NCBI GenBank assembly: GCA_035279135.1
Contig: DATEII010000125.1
Location: forward strand, 740-64,739
DNA length: 64,000 bases
Reading direction: 5' to 3'
Source of the DNA: Steroidobacteraceae bacterium
GTDB taxonomy: Bacteria; Pseudomonadota; Gammaproteobacteria; Steroidobacterales; Steroidobacteraceae
Every line of letters begins with the position of its first letter. The stretch's first letter is position 1. The notes below the pieces were generated by a model. The model was not told the origin of the DNA. It did no database searches and was given only the letters and a program-made list of their open reading frames with translations. A program made the position numbers and the translations under genes. Shown piece by piece: positions 1-9,791 of this stretch.

Positions 1-194
1 GCTTCCATGACGAGCTCGCGCGTCGTGTCACGCACGTTGCTCTCGCCATTGATCACGCGTGACACCGTCATCGGCGACACACTCGCGTGGCGCGCCACCT
101 CGTGAATGGTCACGGCGCCACCCTTGCGGCGGCCGGTTTTCTCCGTCACTCGTGGCGCACCATCGCTGGTGTCGCGGTCCCCTGTCTCGCTCAA
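1..194 (-). CDS. LacI/GalR-family transcriptional regulator, N-terminal part (gene continues beyond window start)
   Basis: Manual minus-strand translation gives ...[40 protein letters not shown], a classic LacI-type HTH. The start codon is ambiguous (TTG 194, GTG 149 or GTG 113). The gene is divergent from the GH67 gene. Confidence 0.75.
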   Translation of the reverse strand, partial: [64 protein letters not shown]

Positions 195-233
195 TCGAAC
201 TCCCTGCAGCTTTGCGGCTGGCGCAAGGCTTGA

Positions 234-245
234 GTTAGCGTTAAC
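234..245. promoter_or_regulatory. Candidate LacI-family operator (near-palindrome GTTAGCGTTAAC) in the divergent LacI/aguA intergenic region
   Basis: 12-bp near-perfect palindrome with a central CG, fitting the generic LacI-family pattern TGnnAnCGnTnnCA. It lies 32 bp upstream of the aguA ATG. Position and symmetry only. Confidence 0.3.
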
Positions 246-276
246 AATACTACGCGCCTTCGCGGATCAATACCCC

Positions 277-2406
277 ATGAATCATCGTCTATTGCTGGCC
301 TGGCTCGCCGCCATGCTGTTCGCATTGCCCGCCGCCTCCGAGGATGGATATGACTTATGGCTGCGGTACCGGCCGCCGCAGCCCGGCACGGTGAGTGAGC
401 TCGTGGGCGGCGCCGCATCACCCACACTGGCGGCCGCGCAAGGCGAGCTCGCCCGGGGATTGAGCGGCCTCGCCGGCGTGCCGGTCCCCGTGGTCCCGGA
501 GCCCGGGCGCTCGGGGGCGGTATTGTTCGGCACGCCGCGCAGCTCGGCACTCATCGCCGGCCTGGCGCTCGGGCTCGAACGCGCGGGAGCCGAGGGGTAC
601 GTGATCCGGACCACCACGATGGGCGGGTACGTGGTGACCGTGATCGCCGCGAACTCCGATGTCGGTGTTCTGTATGGCGCGTTCCATTTCCTGCGATTGC
701 TCCAGACGGGGCGGGGTTCGCAGAGTCTCGATGTCGTGTCGCAGCCCCGCACGAAAGTGCGCGTGCTCGATCACTGGGACAACCTCGATCGGCACGTCGA
801 GCGCGGATATGCGGGCGAATCCATCTGGGATTGGCACAAGCTCCCGGGCTGGCTGGATCCGCGCTACACCGACTATGCGCGGGCCTGCGCCTCGATCGGC
901 ATCAACGGGACGGTGCTCACCAACGTCAATGCGAATGCCACCAGTCTCACGCCGCCGTACCTCGAAAAAGCCGCGGCGCTCGCCAACGTGTTCCGCCCCT
1001 ATGGCGTGCGCGTTTACCTGACGGCGCGATTCAGCGCCCCCATCGAGCTCGGCGGGCTCACGACCGCCGATCCACTCGATCCCGCGGTGCGCGCGTGGTG
1101 GAAGGCGAAAATCGACGAGATCTACCGCTATATCCCCGACTTCGGCGGCTTCCTCGTCAAGGCCAACTCCGAAGGCCAGCCCGGTCCCCAGGACTATCAC
1201 CGCACGCATGCCGACGGCGCCAACATGCTGGCCGAGCCGCTCGCCGCCCACGGGGGCATCGTGATGTGGCGCGCCTTCGTCTATTCGAGTGAGAACACCG
1301 AGGACCGCGCCAAGCAGGCATACACGGAGTTCGTGCCGCTCGACGGCAAGTTCGCCGACAACGTGCTGGTGCAGGTCAAGAACGGACCCATCGACTTCCA
1401 GCCGCGCGAGCCGTTCTCGCCGTTGTTCGGTGCCATGCCCAAGACTCCGCTCATGATGGAAGTCCAGATCACCAAGGAGTATCTCGGCTACGCCACTCAT
1501 CTCGTCTACCTCGGCACCCTGTGGGAAGAGGCCCTGGACGCGGACACGATGGTCAAGGGCAAGGGTTCGACGGTCGCGAAGGTCATCGACGGCGAATTGC
1601 AGGGCTACAAACTCACGGGCATGGCTGGCGTCGCGAACATCGGCTCGGACCGCAACTGGAGCGGCTCGCACTTCGACCAGGCCAACTGGTATGCCTTCGG
1701 TCGTCTCGCCTGGGACCCGGAGCTGTCCGCGCGTGCGATTGCCGAAGAGTGGGTGCGCATGACGTTCTCGAACGACCCTGCGTTCGTCGAACCCGTTGTC
1801 GCGATGATGATGGGCTCGCGCGAAGCGGCGGTGGATTACATGACACCGCTCGGCCTCGCGCATCTCATGGGGACGGGCCATCACTACGGTCCCGCGCCGT
1901 GGGTCAGTGACCTGAAACGCCCGGAATGGAACCCGGCTTACTACCACCGCGCCGACGCCGGCGGCATCGGTGTCGAGCGCGGACCGAAAGGCACCAGTGC
2001 GACGGCCCAGTATTCTCCTCCGGTCGCCGCTATCTATGCGGATCCGAAAAAGACGCCGGAGAACCTGTTGCTGTGGTTCCACCACGTCTCGTGGGACCGC
2101 AAGATGTCGTCGGGTCGTACGTTGTGGGACGAACTCGTGCACCACTACGACCGTGGCGTCGAGACCGTGAAGCAGATGCGCCGGACCTGGGATGCGCAGC
2201 GCGACCGGGTCGATGCGGAACGTTTCACGCAGGTTGCCGCGTTTCTCGCGATCCAGGAGCAGGAAGCGCAGTGGTGGCGCGACGCCTGCGTCGCCTATTT
2301 CCAGTCGATTTCGAAGCGACCATTGCCCGCGGGTTCACCGCCGCCAGCGCATGCGCTCGATTACTACAAGGCACTCACGTTCCCGTACGCGCCTGGCCGC
2401 GGCTGA
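277..2406 (+). CDS. aguA: GH67 alpha-glucuronidase (xylan alpha-1,2-glucuronidase), secreted
   Basis: The ORF 106..2406 was trimmed to ATG 277, giving a signal peptide MNHRLLLAWLAAMLFALPAASE followed by DGYDLWLRY. The length and motifs (KANSEGQPGPQDY, HADGANMLA) are typical of GH67. Confidence 0.9.
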   Translation: MNHRLLLAWLAAMLFALPAASEDGYDLWLRYRPPQPGTVSELVGGAASPTLAAAQGELARGLSGLAGVPVPVVPEPGRSGAVLFGTPRSSALIAGLALGLERAGAEGYVIRTTTMGGYVVTVIAANSDVGVLYGAFHFLRLLQTGRGSQSLDVVSQPRTKVRVLDHWDNLDRHVERGYAGESIWDWHKLPGWLDPRYTDYARACASIGINGTVLTNVNANATSLTPPYLEKAAALANVFRPYGVRVYLTARFSAPIELGGLTTADPLDPAVRAWWKAKIDEIYRYIPDFGGFLVKANSEGQPGPQDYHRTHADGANMLAEPLAAHGGIVMWRAFVYSSENTEDRAKQAYTEFVPLDGKFADNVLVQVKNGPIDFQPREPFSPLFGAMPKTPLMMEVQITKEYLGYATHLVYLGTLWEEALDADTMVKGKGSTVAKVIDGELQGYKLTGMAGVANIGSDRNWSGSHFDQANWYAFGRLAWDPELSARAIAEEWVRMTFSNDPAFVEPVVAMMMGSREAAVDYMTPLGLAHLMGTGHHYGPAPWVSDLKRPEWNPAYYHRADAGGIGVERGPKGTSATAQYSPPVAAIYADPKKTPENLLLWFHHVSWDRKMSSGRTLWDELVHHYDRGVETVKQMRRTWDAQRDRVDAERFTQVAAFLAIQEQEAQWWRDACVAYFQSISKRPLPAGSPPPAHALDYYKALTFPYAPGRG

Positions 2407-2420
2407 GCAGAGGAGTCCAC

Positions 2421-3746
2421 ATGCGCGCACCCTTCCTGACATTGGGGCTGGTCCTGCTTGCGTCGCCGGCATTGGCGGCGGATGCGCCGCCCGTCGAGCT
2501 GACGGCGGAACAGGACCACAAGCTGATGATGGACCGGCTCGGCATCAGCGCCCTCCGCCCGGGTGCCAACGGGCGCGATCCCGCCGCGTCTAACTACGCG
2601 AACTACGATGAATCGAAGGCGAATCCTTACCCGGCCCTGCCGGACGCGTTGAAGCTGGCGAATGGCAGGCCGGTCAAGAGCGCGAAGGACTGGTGGAAGA
2701 AGCGGCGTCCGCAGCTGGTGGAGATCTACGACCGGGAGATCTACGGGCGGGTGCCCGCGAACGTTCCGGGCGTCACATGGTCGGTGAAGGAGACCCGCGA
2801 CGACGTGGTGGGCGGAAAGCCCGTGGTGTTCCGCAAGCTGCTCGGCCACGTCGACAATTCGTCCTATCCACTGATCGCCGTGGACATCGAGGCCGAGCTC
2901 ACCACGCCGAAGGGCGCCGCTCACGTCCCGGTGATCGTCGAGTTCTTCCCGTTCGAGTTTCGCGGCCGCTTCCCGCCGCAGCCGTCGCCGACCTGGCAGG
3001 AGCAGGTCGCCGCGCGCGGCTGGGCGTATGCCGTGCTTTCGACCAGCACCATCCAGGCCGACAATGGTGCGGGTCTGTCGAAGGGCATCATCGGTCTCGT
3101 CAACAAGGGACAACCGCGCAAGCCCGATGACTGGGGTAGTTTGCGTGCCTGGGCCTGGGGCGCATCGCGTCTGCTCGACTACCTGGAGACGAATCCGGAG
3201 GTCGACCCGAAGCGCGCGGTCATCGAGGGAGTGTCACGGTTCGGCAAGGCAGCGCTCGTCACCATGGCGTACGAGCCGCGCTACGCAATCGGCTTCATCG
3301 GCTCATCGGGCGCGGGCGGTGCGGCGTTGGCGCGGCGCAACTGGGGCGAGAAAATCGAGAATGTCGCCGGCAGCGGTGAGTACCACTGGATGGCAGGAAA
3401 CTACATCAAGTACGCCGCCGATCCGCTCGGCCCGGACGATCTGCCCGTCGATGCGCACGAATTGATCGCGCTCGCGGCACCACGGCCGCTGTTCATCGGC
3501 GCGGGCACCCTCGAGCAGGGGGACGGCTGGGTGGACCCGAAGGGAATGTTCCTGGCCGCGAAGGCCGCTACTCCCGTGTATCGTTTGCTCGGCAAGCGCG
3601 GCATCGACGCCGCGGAGTGGCCGCCCACCGAGACTGCACTAACTACCGGGGAGCTCGCCTACCGCCAGCACGCGGGCGGCCATACCTCGGGCCCGAACTG
3701 GCCGACCTTCCTCGACTTCGCGGCGCGGTATTTCTCCGTTCCCTAG
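2421..3746 (+). CDS. CE15 glucuronoyl (4-O-methyl-glucuronoyl) methylesterase, secreted
   Basis: ATG 2421 is preceded by GGAG and gives the signal peptide MRAPFLTLGLVLLASPALAA. The catalytic Ser motif GVSRFGKAAL matches G-C/V-S-R-x-G-K of CE15. The gene sits immediately downstream of GH67. Confidence 0.8.
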   Translation: MRAPFLTLGLVLLASPALAADAPPVELTAEQDHKLMMDRLGISALRPGANGRDPAASNYANYDESKANPYPALPDALKLANGRPVKSAKDWWKKRRPQLVEIYDREIYGRVPANVPGVTWSVKETRDDVVGGKPVVFRKLLGHVDNSSYPLIAVDIEAELTTPKGAAHVPVIVEFFPFEFRGRFPPQPSPTWQEQVAARGWAYAVLSTSTIQADNGAGLSKGIIGLVNKGQPRKPDDWGSLRAWAWGASRLLDYLETNPEVDPKRAVIEGVSRFGKAALVTMAYEPRYAIGFIGSSGAGGAALARRNWGEKIENVAGSGEYHWMAGNYIKYAADPLGPDDLPVDAHELIALAAPRPLFIGAGTLEQGDGWVDPKGMFLAAKAATPVYRLLGKRGIDAAEWPPTETALTTGELAYRQHAGGHTSGPNWPTFLDFAARYFSVP

Positions 3747-3794
3747 CAAATGGGGACGGGGTCGCGGGTTGACGTCGAGTGGCCGTCGCACACG

Positions 3795-4145
3795 CAGGGT
3801 TACGCTCGCTTTTCGCCCGGCCCTTCGCTGGATTGTAGTTTGGTTGCGAGGCGTCGAAGCAGCGGCTCTTCTCTTCTCACACCCTGGGCGACATGCCTCG
3901 ATTTTCCGCCTCTCGGGCATGGGCTTGGGAAGCCCGTGACCAGCGGCGGACATATGCGCAGGGGTTGAGTGAGCGGGCCGGGGTACGTCACTTCGTCAGG
4001 CACGAAGCCGCGCCAGGGTTGTCCTCGTACCGACCCAATTCCGATCAACGCTCGCGTTTCCGAATGTTGCTCTACGCGCGGCGGCGGTCAGCGCTCCCAC
4101 CCACAATCAAGCGAAGGGCCCGGCGAAAAGCGAGCTCAACCCCTG
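3795..4145. repeat. MITE-like / structured element bounded by ~26-45 bp imperfect inverted repeats, in a convergent intergenic gap
   Basis: GCTCGCTTTTCGCCCGGCCCTTCGCT (3804-3829) versus AGCGAAGGGCCCGGCGAAAAGCGAGC (4110-4135): reverse complements with 1 mismatch. The similarity extends outward (CAGGG..TTGTAG / CCACAATCA..CCCTG). A partial third copy, CAGGGGTTGAGTGAGCGGGCCGGGG, lies near 3958. There are several internal hairpins and no credible ORF. Confidence 0.55.
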
Positions 4146-4223
4146 TGTGTGTGGCCGTCGCTGGCCCGCCGACCTCCCATTCCCACCCCCGTTCGCCAGC
4201 GAATCGAGGAATGTCCCCTCTAT

Positions 4224-5486
4224 CTACCAGTCCCACATCGTGCCATCTTCGAGACGCGCGACCGGAAGCTGTTTCGGGTTGTACGGGTATTTGGCCGCGA
4301 GCTTCTCGTCGATGCTCACGCCGTGCCCGGCAGTCTCGCCGCAGAACAGCCTGCCATCCTTGAACGAGTAGTCGTGCGGGAACACCGCGTCGGTCTCCGG
4401 CGCGTGTTTCATGTATTCCTGGATGCCGAAATTGGGCACCCAGGTGTCGAAGTGCAGCGCCGCGCCCATGCACACCGGGGAAAGATCGGTGGCGCCGTGG
4501 AAACCGGTACGCACCCCGTGCAGCGCCGCGTAGTCGGCGATCCGGCGCACGTGCGTGATGCCGCCGCCGTGCACGATGGTGGTCCGGATGTAGTCGATCA
4601 GCTGGTTCTCGAGCAGGTGCTTGCAGTCCCAGATCGAGTTGAACACTTCGCCCACGGCGAGCGGCGTCACCGTGTGCCGGCGGATGATCTCGAAACTCTT
4701 CTGGTTTTCCGCGGGCGTGGAATCTTCCATCCAGAACAGCCGATACGGCTCGAGCGACTTGCCGAGGCGTGCGGCCTCGATCGGCGTGAGCCGGTGATGC
4801 ACGTCGTGCAGCAGCTCGACTTCGTTGCCGTGATCCTTGCGCAGCCGCTCGAAGAGTTGCGGCACGAACTCGAGATACTTCGGCGTGGACCAGACAGTTT
4901 CGAGAGGCAGCTCGCTCTCCGCGGGTTCGTACGCATTCTTGAGATTGGAGATGCCGTACGCCTTCTTGATGCCGGGCACGCCGCTCTGCGCGCGCACCGC
5001 CTTGTAACCCTGCGCGATGTACTTGCCGACTTCGGCGCTGCACTCGTCGATGTCCTTGCCGTTCGCATGGCCGTACACCAGCACGCCTTCGCGCGAGCGA
5101 CCACCTAACAGCTGGTACAGCGGCTGGTTGGCCATCTTGCCGAGGATGTCCCACAACGCGACGTCGACCGCGGCGATCGCGGTCATGGTCACCGGTCCAC
5201 GCCGCCAGTACGCGCCGCGATAGAAGAACTGCCACAGGTCCTCGATGCGCCCGCAATCGCGGCCGATGAGATTCGGCACGATGTGGTCCTTCAAGTAAGA
5301 AGCCACCGCGAGTTCACGGCCATTCAGCGTGGCATCGCCGATACCGGTAACACCTGAACGCGTGACGATCTTGAGCGTGACGAAATTCCGTGCCGGGCAG
5401 GTGACGATCACATCGGCCGATACGATCTCCCGATCGCGCGCCGATCCCGGCTTTGAATTAATCGTCTCCGCGGTGCTCACGCCCAT
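4224..5486 (-). CDS. manD: D-mannonate dehydratase, enolase-superfamily type (ManD)
   Basis: 420-aa ORF with [40 protein letters not shown], characteristic of the ManD/RspA enolase-superfamily dehydratases. The N-terminal ~20 aa are uncertain and the true start may be internal. Confidence 0.85.
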   Translation of the reverse strand: MGVSTAETINSKPGSARDREIVSADVIVTCPARNFVTLKIVTRSGVTGIGDATLNGRELAVASYLKDHIVPNLIGRDCGRIEDLWQFFYRGAYWRRGPVTMTAIAAVDVALWDILGKMANQPLYQLLGGRSREGVLVYGHANGKDIDECSAEVGKYIAQGYKAVRAQSGVPGIKKAYGISNLKNAYEPAESELPLETVWSTPKYLEFVPQLFERLRKDHGNEVELLHDVHHRLTPIEAARLGKSLEPYRLFWMEDSTPAENQKSFEIIRRHTVTPLAVGEVFNSIWDCKHLLENQLIDYIRTTIVHGGGITHVRRIADYAALHGVRTGFHGATDLSPVCMGAALHFDTWVPNFGIQEYMKHAPETDAVFPHDYSFKDGRLFCGETAGHGVSIDEKLAAKYPYNPKQLPVARLEDGTMWDW

Positions 5487-5547
5487 TGCTCCCTCGAGAA
5501 TTAAGAATTAGTGTCGCCCGCCGAGACGGGGCACGCATACTACCAAT

Positions 5548-6954
5548 ATGGACAAACTCAATCCTGATCGGCTTTTCCCGGCCGATCCCTCCACGCGCTC
5601 CATCGCGCGCAACCTGTACAAGCTCGTCAAGGACCTGCCGATCATCAGCCCGCACGGGCACACGGATCCGAAGTGGTTCGCTGACAACGTGCCGTTCGCG
5701 GACCCCGCGAGCCTGCTGCTGACCCCGGATCACTATGTTTTCCGCATGTTGTACAGCCAGGGCATCCGGCTGGAAGACTTCGGTGTGGCGCGCGTGGACG
5801 GGGGCACCACCGAGCGCGATTCACGCAAGATCTGGCGCCTGTTTGCGGCTCACTACTACCTGTTTCGCGGCACGCCGTCGCGCATGTGGTTCGACTGGGT
5901 GTTGTCGAGTGTCTTCGATGCGCCGATCCCGCTGACGCCGGACAACGCCGACGCCACGTACGATCGGATCGCCGAAAAGCTGCAGAAGCCGGAATTCCGT
6001 CCGCGCGCACTGTTCGAGCGCTTCAACATCGAGGCGCTGGCGACGACCGAATCGCCGCTCGACGACCTGCTGCACCACGTCACGATCCGCAAGAGCGGTT
6101 GGAATGGCCGCGTGATCACGGCCTACCGGCCGGACAACGTGGTCGATCCGGACGCTGTCGGCTTCCTCGACAACCTCAGGAAGTTCAGCGAACTGACGGG
6201 CGAAGACGCGCTGTCATGGCGCGGCTATCTCGCGGCGCATCGCAAGCGGCGCGCATTTTTCGCCGTCATGGGCGCTACCTCCACGGATCACGGCCACCCC
6301 ACTGCACGTACCGCGGACCTTTCGCCCGCCGACGCAGAGTCCCTGTTCCATCGCATCGTGAAGGGCGGGGCCCAGGCCGGCGACGCCGACCTGTTCCGCG
6401 GGCAGATGCTCACCGAAATGGCGCGCATGAGCCTCGACGACAAGCTCGTGCTTCAGATCCATCCCGGCGCCTGGCGCAACCACAACGCGCCGCTGTTCGA
6501 TCGCTTCGGCGCGAACGTGGGCGCGGACATTCCGACGCGCACCGACTATGTGGGCGCGCTCCGTCCGCTGCTCAACCGGTATGGCAACGATCCTTCGCTG
6601 TCGATCATCGTGTTCACGCTCGACGAGAGCAGCTACGCGCGTGAGCTCGCGCCCCTCGCCGGGCACTACCCGGCACTCAAGCTCGGCCCGGCATGGTGGT
6701 TCCACGACAGTCCCGAGGGCATGATGCGCTTTCGTGAACAGACGACGGAAACCGCGGGCTTCTACAACACGGTCGGCTTCAACGACGACACGCGAGCGTT
6801 CCTGTCGATCCCGTCCCGCCACGACATGGCGCGACGCATCGATTGCTCGTTCCTGGCGCGCCTGGTGGCCGAGCACCGGCTGCCCGAAGACGAAGCGGCC
6901 ATGCTGGCGCCGCAGCTCGCCTACGAATTTCCAAAGAAAGCCTACAGACTTTGA
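5548..6954 (+). CDS. uxaC: Glucuronate (uronate) isomerase
   Basis: 468 aa. The N-terminus FPADPSTRSIARNLYKLVKDLPIISPHGHTDPKWF is the typical UxaC signature. Divergent from manD. Confidence 0.93.
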   Translation: MDKLNPDRLFPADPSTRSIARNLYKLVKDLPIISPHGHTDPKWFADNVPFADPASLLLTPDHYVFRMLYSQGIRLEDFGVARVDGGTTERDSRKIWRLFAAHYYLFRGTPSRMWFDWVLSSVFDAPIPLTPDNADATYDRIAEKLQKPEFRPRALFERFNIEALATTESPLDDLLHHVTIRKSGWNGRVITAYRPDNVVDPDAVGFLDNLRKFSELTGEDALSWRGYLAAHRKRRAFFAVMGATSTDHGHPTARTADLSPADAESLFHRIVKGGAQAGDADLFRGQMLTEMARMSLDDKLVLQIHPGAWRNHNAPLFDRFGANVGADIPTRTDYVGALRPLLNRYGNDPSLSIIVFTLDESSYARELAPLAGHYPALKLGPAWWFHDSPEGMMRFREQTTETAGFYNTVGFNDDTRAFLSIPSRHDMARRIDCSFLARLVAEHRLPEDEAAMLAPQLAYEFPKKAYRL

Positions 6955-6982
6955 TCGAAGCATCCGCCGGGGGAACTGCTGA

Positions 6983-8491
6983 ATGAGCCTGAACAAGACT
7001 GGGAATGACACCGGTAGCATCGGTAACTACCGCTGGGCTATCTGCGCGCTGCTGTTCTGCTGCACGACCATCAACTACGTCGATCGCAACTCGCTCTCGG
7101 TGCTCAAGACCACACTGCAGGGCGCTCTCGGCTGGGAGGACGTCGACTACGGCACGATCACCACGGCGTTCACGTTCGCGTACGCCATGTTCCCCTCCGT
7201 CATCGGCATCATCATCGACAAGATCGGCGTGAAAAAAGCGCTGGCGTGCGCATTGGTGGTCTGGTCGCTGGCGGCTGCCGCGCACGGCCTGGTGGGCACG
7301 GTGCTCGGCTTCGTGATCGTGCGGTTCATCCTCGGTTTCGCCGAAGCGGCCAACTTCCCGGCGTCGATCAAGGCGGTCGGCATGTGGTTCCCGCAGAAGG
7401 AGCGCGCGCTGGCGACCGGCATCTTCAACTCGGGCACGAGCATCGGCGTCATCGTCTCGGGCGTGATCGTGTGGATCGCGCTGCATCTCGGCTGGCAGAT
7501 GTCATTCGTCGCCATCGGCGTGGTCGGCCTGGTGTGGCTGTACTTCTGGCAGCGGTTCTTCGCCGATCCCGAACACCAGCCGCGACTCGGCAAGGCCGAG
7601 CTCGATTACATCCGCTCCGATCAACCGCAGGCCCAGCAGGCATTGAAGCTGCCCTGGACCACGCTGATGCGCTACCGCGAGATCTGGCCCTTCCTGATCG
7701 GCAAGCTCATTACCGACCCGGTCTGGTGGTTCTATCTCTTCTGGCTGCCGTCCTACCTGGATCGCGAGCGTGGCCAGAATCCGCTGAACGCGGGAATCTG
7801 GGTGGCCGTGATCTACACCGGCTCGAGCGTGGGTTCGATCCTCGGCGGCTGGATTTCGAGCACGCTCATGAAGCGCGGCTGGCCAGTGGGCAAGGCGCGC
7901 ATGACCGCGATGGGACTCGCCGCCATCTTCATGCCCGGATCCATCCTGGCTTACTACACGGACAGCTTCGCGCTTTGTGTCGCGTTCATCACGCTCGCCA
8001 CGGCCTGCCACCAGGCCTGGTCCGCGAACCTGTTCACCAACGCCACGGATCTTTTTCCGCAGAAGGTGTCGGGCTCGGTGGTCGGACTCGGTGCCACGGC
8101 CGGCGGCATCGGCGGCATGTTCATGACATTGCTCGCGGGACTCGCGGTGCAATGGACCGGCAACCAGCAGATCGTGTTCGTCTGGGCCGGTCTCATGCAC
8201 GTGATCGCACTCGCCTTGTTCTGGTTCTGGTTCAAGGGGCGATTCGTGCAGATCGACGTCGACACACCGCTCGACGTCAGTCACACGCACGGCGGCCTCG
8301 CCGTTTCCGGCGTGATCGTCGCGGCCGCGGGCGCGGCACTCGCGGCACTGGTCATCGGGAACTGGGCATACCTCATCGACGCGGTGAAGATCACCGGCGC
8401 GGTGCAGAGCATCGTGGTGGCGGCCGCCGTGTTCATGATCGGAGTGGCGCTGTTCTACGCCAGCCGGCCGCAGAAACCGCGGGCGCGCTGA
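6983..8491 (+). CDS. MFS transporter, hexuronate (ExuT/ACS-family)-like, with a C-terminal extension
   Basis: 502-aa polytopic ORF. CCTTINYVDRNSLSV is the typical ACS-family start. Located 3' of uxaC. It has ~70 extra C-terminal residues with two more hydrophobic helices. Confidence 0.8.
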   Translation: MSLNKTGNDTGSIGNYRWAICALLFCCTTINYVDRNSLSVLKTTLQGALGWEDVDYGTITTAFTFAYAMFPSVIGIIIDKIGVKKALACALVVWSLAAAAHGLVGTVLGFVIVRFILGFAEAANFPASIKAVGMWFPQKERALATGIFNSGTSIGVIVSGVIVWIALHLGWQMSFVAIGVVGLVWLYFWQRFFADPEHQPRLGKAELDYIRSDQPQAQQALKLPWTTLMRYREIWPFLIGKLITDPVWWFYLFWLPSYLDRERGQNPLNAGIWVAVIYTGSSVGSILGGWISSTLMKRGWPVGKARMTAMGLAAIFMPGSILAYYTDSFALCVAFITLATACHQAWSANLFTNATDLFPQKVSGSVVGLGATAGGIGGMFMTLLAGLAVQWTGNQQIVFVWAGLMHVIALALFWFWFKGRFVQIDVDTPLDVSHTHGGLAVSGVIVAAAGAALAALVIGNWAYLIDAVKITGAVQSIVVAAAVFMIGVALFYASRPQKPRAR

Positions 8492-8506
8492 GGGGATGGG
8501 CCGCCG

Positions 8507-9271
8507 CTAGCGGGTGGCTATCTTGCGCACCGAGGAGTATCGCCGCCGCTTTTCTGCGGCGATGGCGCGCGCCCGCTGGATTTCCTCGACCTCGGTGACT
8601 TTCAGCATGTCCTCGATCACGCGCGAGATGTGCTGGTGCATGGCAGCGCGGGCCGCCTCGGGATCTCGCTTCTTGAGCGCCCGCAGGATGGCGGCGTGTT
8701 CATCGATCGGGGGTTTCAGGCCGCGGGCGCGCCCCTTGTCGTCCATCGAATGACTCTGCGGTGAACGCGCGCGCGCATCCCACAACATCTGCACCGCGGC
8801 GATGATTCCGCTGTTCTGCGTCGAGCTCGCGATCAGCTCGTGGAAGCGGCGGTCCGCTTCCTCGCTCATGAGGATCTCGTTGTGCCGGTTGTCATCGCGC
8901 ATCTCGGTGATGAGACTCGACAGCTCGGCGAGCTGCGCATCGTCGATGCGCATCGCGGCGAGCGCAGCGGCCTCGCCCTCGATGGCGTGCCGGGCCTCGA
9001 GCAGTTCGAACGGGCCGATGTCCTTGGCGCCCTCGGTGCCGCTCGGCGGCTGCCGGTTCTTGACGTAGACGCCCGAGCCGAGGCGCACCTCGACCAGCTC
9101 GTCCAGTTCCAGCGCGATGATGGCTTCCCGGACCGTGGGTCGGGACACCTCGAAGGTCTGCGCGAGTTCGCGCTCCGAGGGCAGGCGCTGCCCGATTTCG
9201 TACTTGCCATCGGCGATGGCCTTCGCGAGCTTGCGCGCGATTTGTTCGTACAGACGCCGTGCTTCGACCAT
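8507..9271 (-). CDS. GntR-family (FadR/FCD subfamily) transcriptional regulator, probable hexuronate-locus regulator
   Basis: The ORF 8507..9505 was trimmed to ATG 9271 (MVEARRLYEQIARKLAKAIADGKYEIGQRLPSERELAQTFEVSRPTVREAI, a GntR wHTH). The C-terminal part is helical and FCD-like. Confidence 0.85.
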   Translation of the reverse strand: MVEARRLYEQIARKLAKAIADGKYEIGQRLPSERELAQTFEVSRPTVREAIIALELDELVEVRLGSGVYVKNRQPPSGTEGAKDIGPFELLEARHAIEGEAAALAAMRIDDAQLAELSSLITEMRDDNRHNEILMSEEADRRFHELIASSTQNSGIIAAVQMLWDARARSPQSHSMDDKGRARGLKPPIDEHAAILRALKKRDPEAARAAMHQHISRVIEDMLKVTEVEEIQRARAIAAEKRRRYSSVRKIATR

Positions 9272-9791
9272 GGGTGCGCAGTATCCGCGCAGCAGGGGCC
9301 CCCAACAAGGGCGGGCGTCACGGGCGGCTTCGCCGGAGTGCCTGTCAGGCCGGACATATTCCGCCTCCCTGACCAACCAGCGATACTGGTAAGGGTAATT
9401 CTTGATTTTGGCCTGACCAGTTTGGTACGGTGTGGCCGCGCGCATCGCATTGCGCGCCTCCAAGAGGGGATTCTGGATCCCGTCGTCGTGGCGGAGCCGG
9501 AACAATCCGCCGTGCGCCCGTTGCCGCGCATTTCACTCTAGGTTGAGTAGTTAGTCGTTGGTGCGCGCGTGCCAACGGTGTCATCCGCCCGCGTGTTGCC
9601 CGCCGGCCACGCCTGGTGTTTTTCCCGCTGTGTCCCGCATTTTTCGTGTTGTACGGAAGTTGTGCGATCGCTAACATCGTCGCCATACACCGGCGTGGCC
9701 TGGGATGCGCACGCCGGACGATCTAACTACTAACTGTCGGGGTCTTTCGCACTTTCGTGCGAAAACGAAATGGCCTGGAGGGGCGACGTCA

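Noticed and set aside
418-2145. Long antisense or alternative-frame ORFs. Examples: 418..2145(-), 3969..5108(+), 9810..12860(-), 16034..18229(-), 19287..20579(-), 21216..22526(-), 49763..51883(-), 54110..56084(-), 56342..58855(-), 61520..63391(-).
   Set aside because: These are typical shadow ORFs of a high-GC genome. Their translations are Arg/Ala/Gly/Pro-rich and low-complexity with no recognisable domains. Each lies opposite or out of frame to a gene with strong family signatures.
5487-5547. A UxuR/ExuR-type palindromic operator (TTGGTATACCAA-like) in the manD/uxaC divergent region and in 9272..9791.
   Set aside because: Only isolated TTGGTA/TACCAA half-sites are present (for example TACCAAT at 5541-5547 and TTGGTAC near 9420). 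No full palindrome could be defined by eye.
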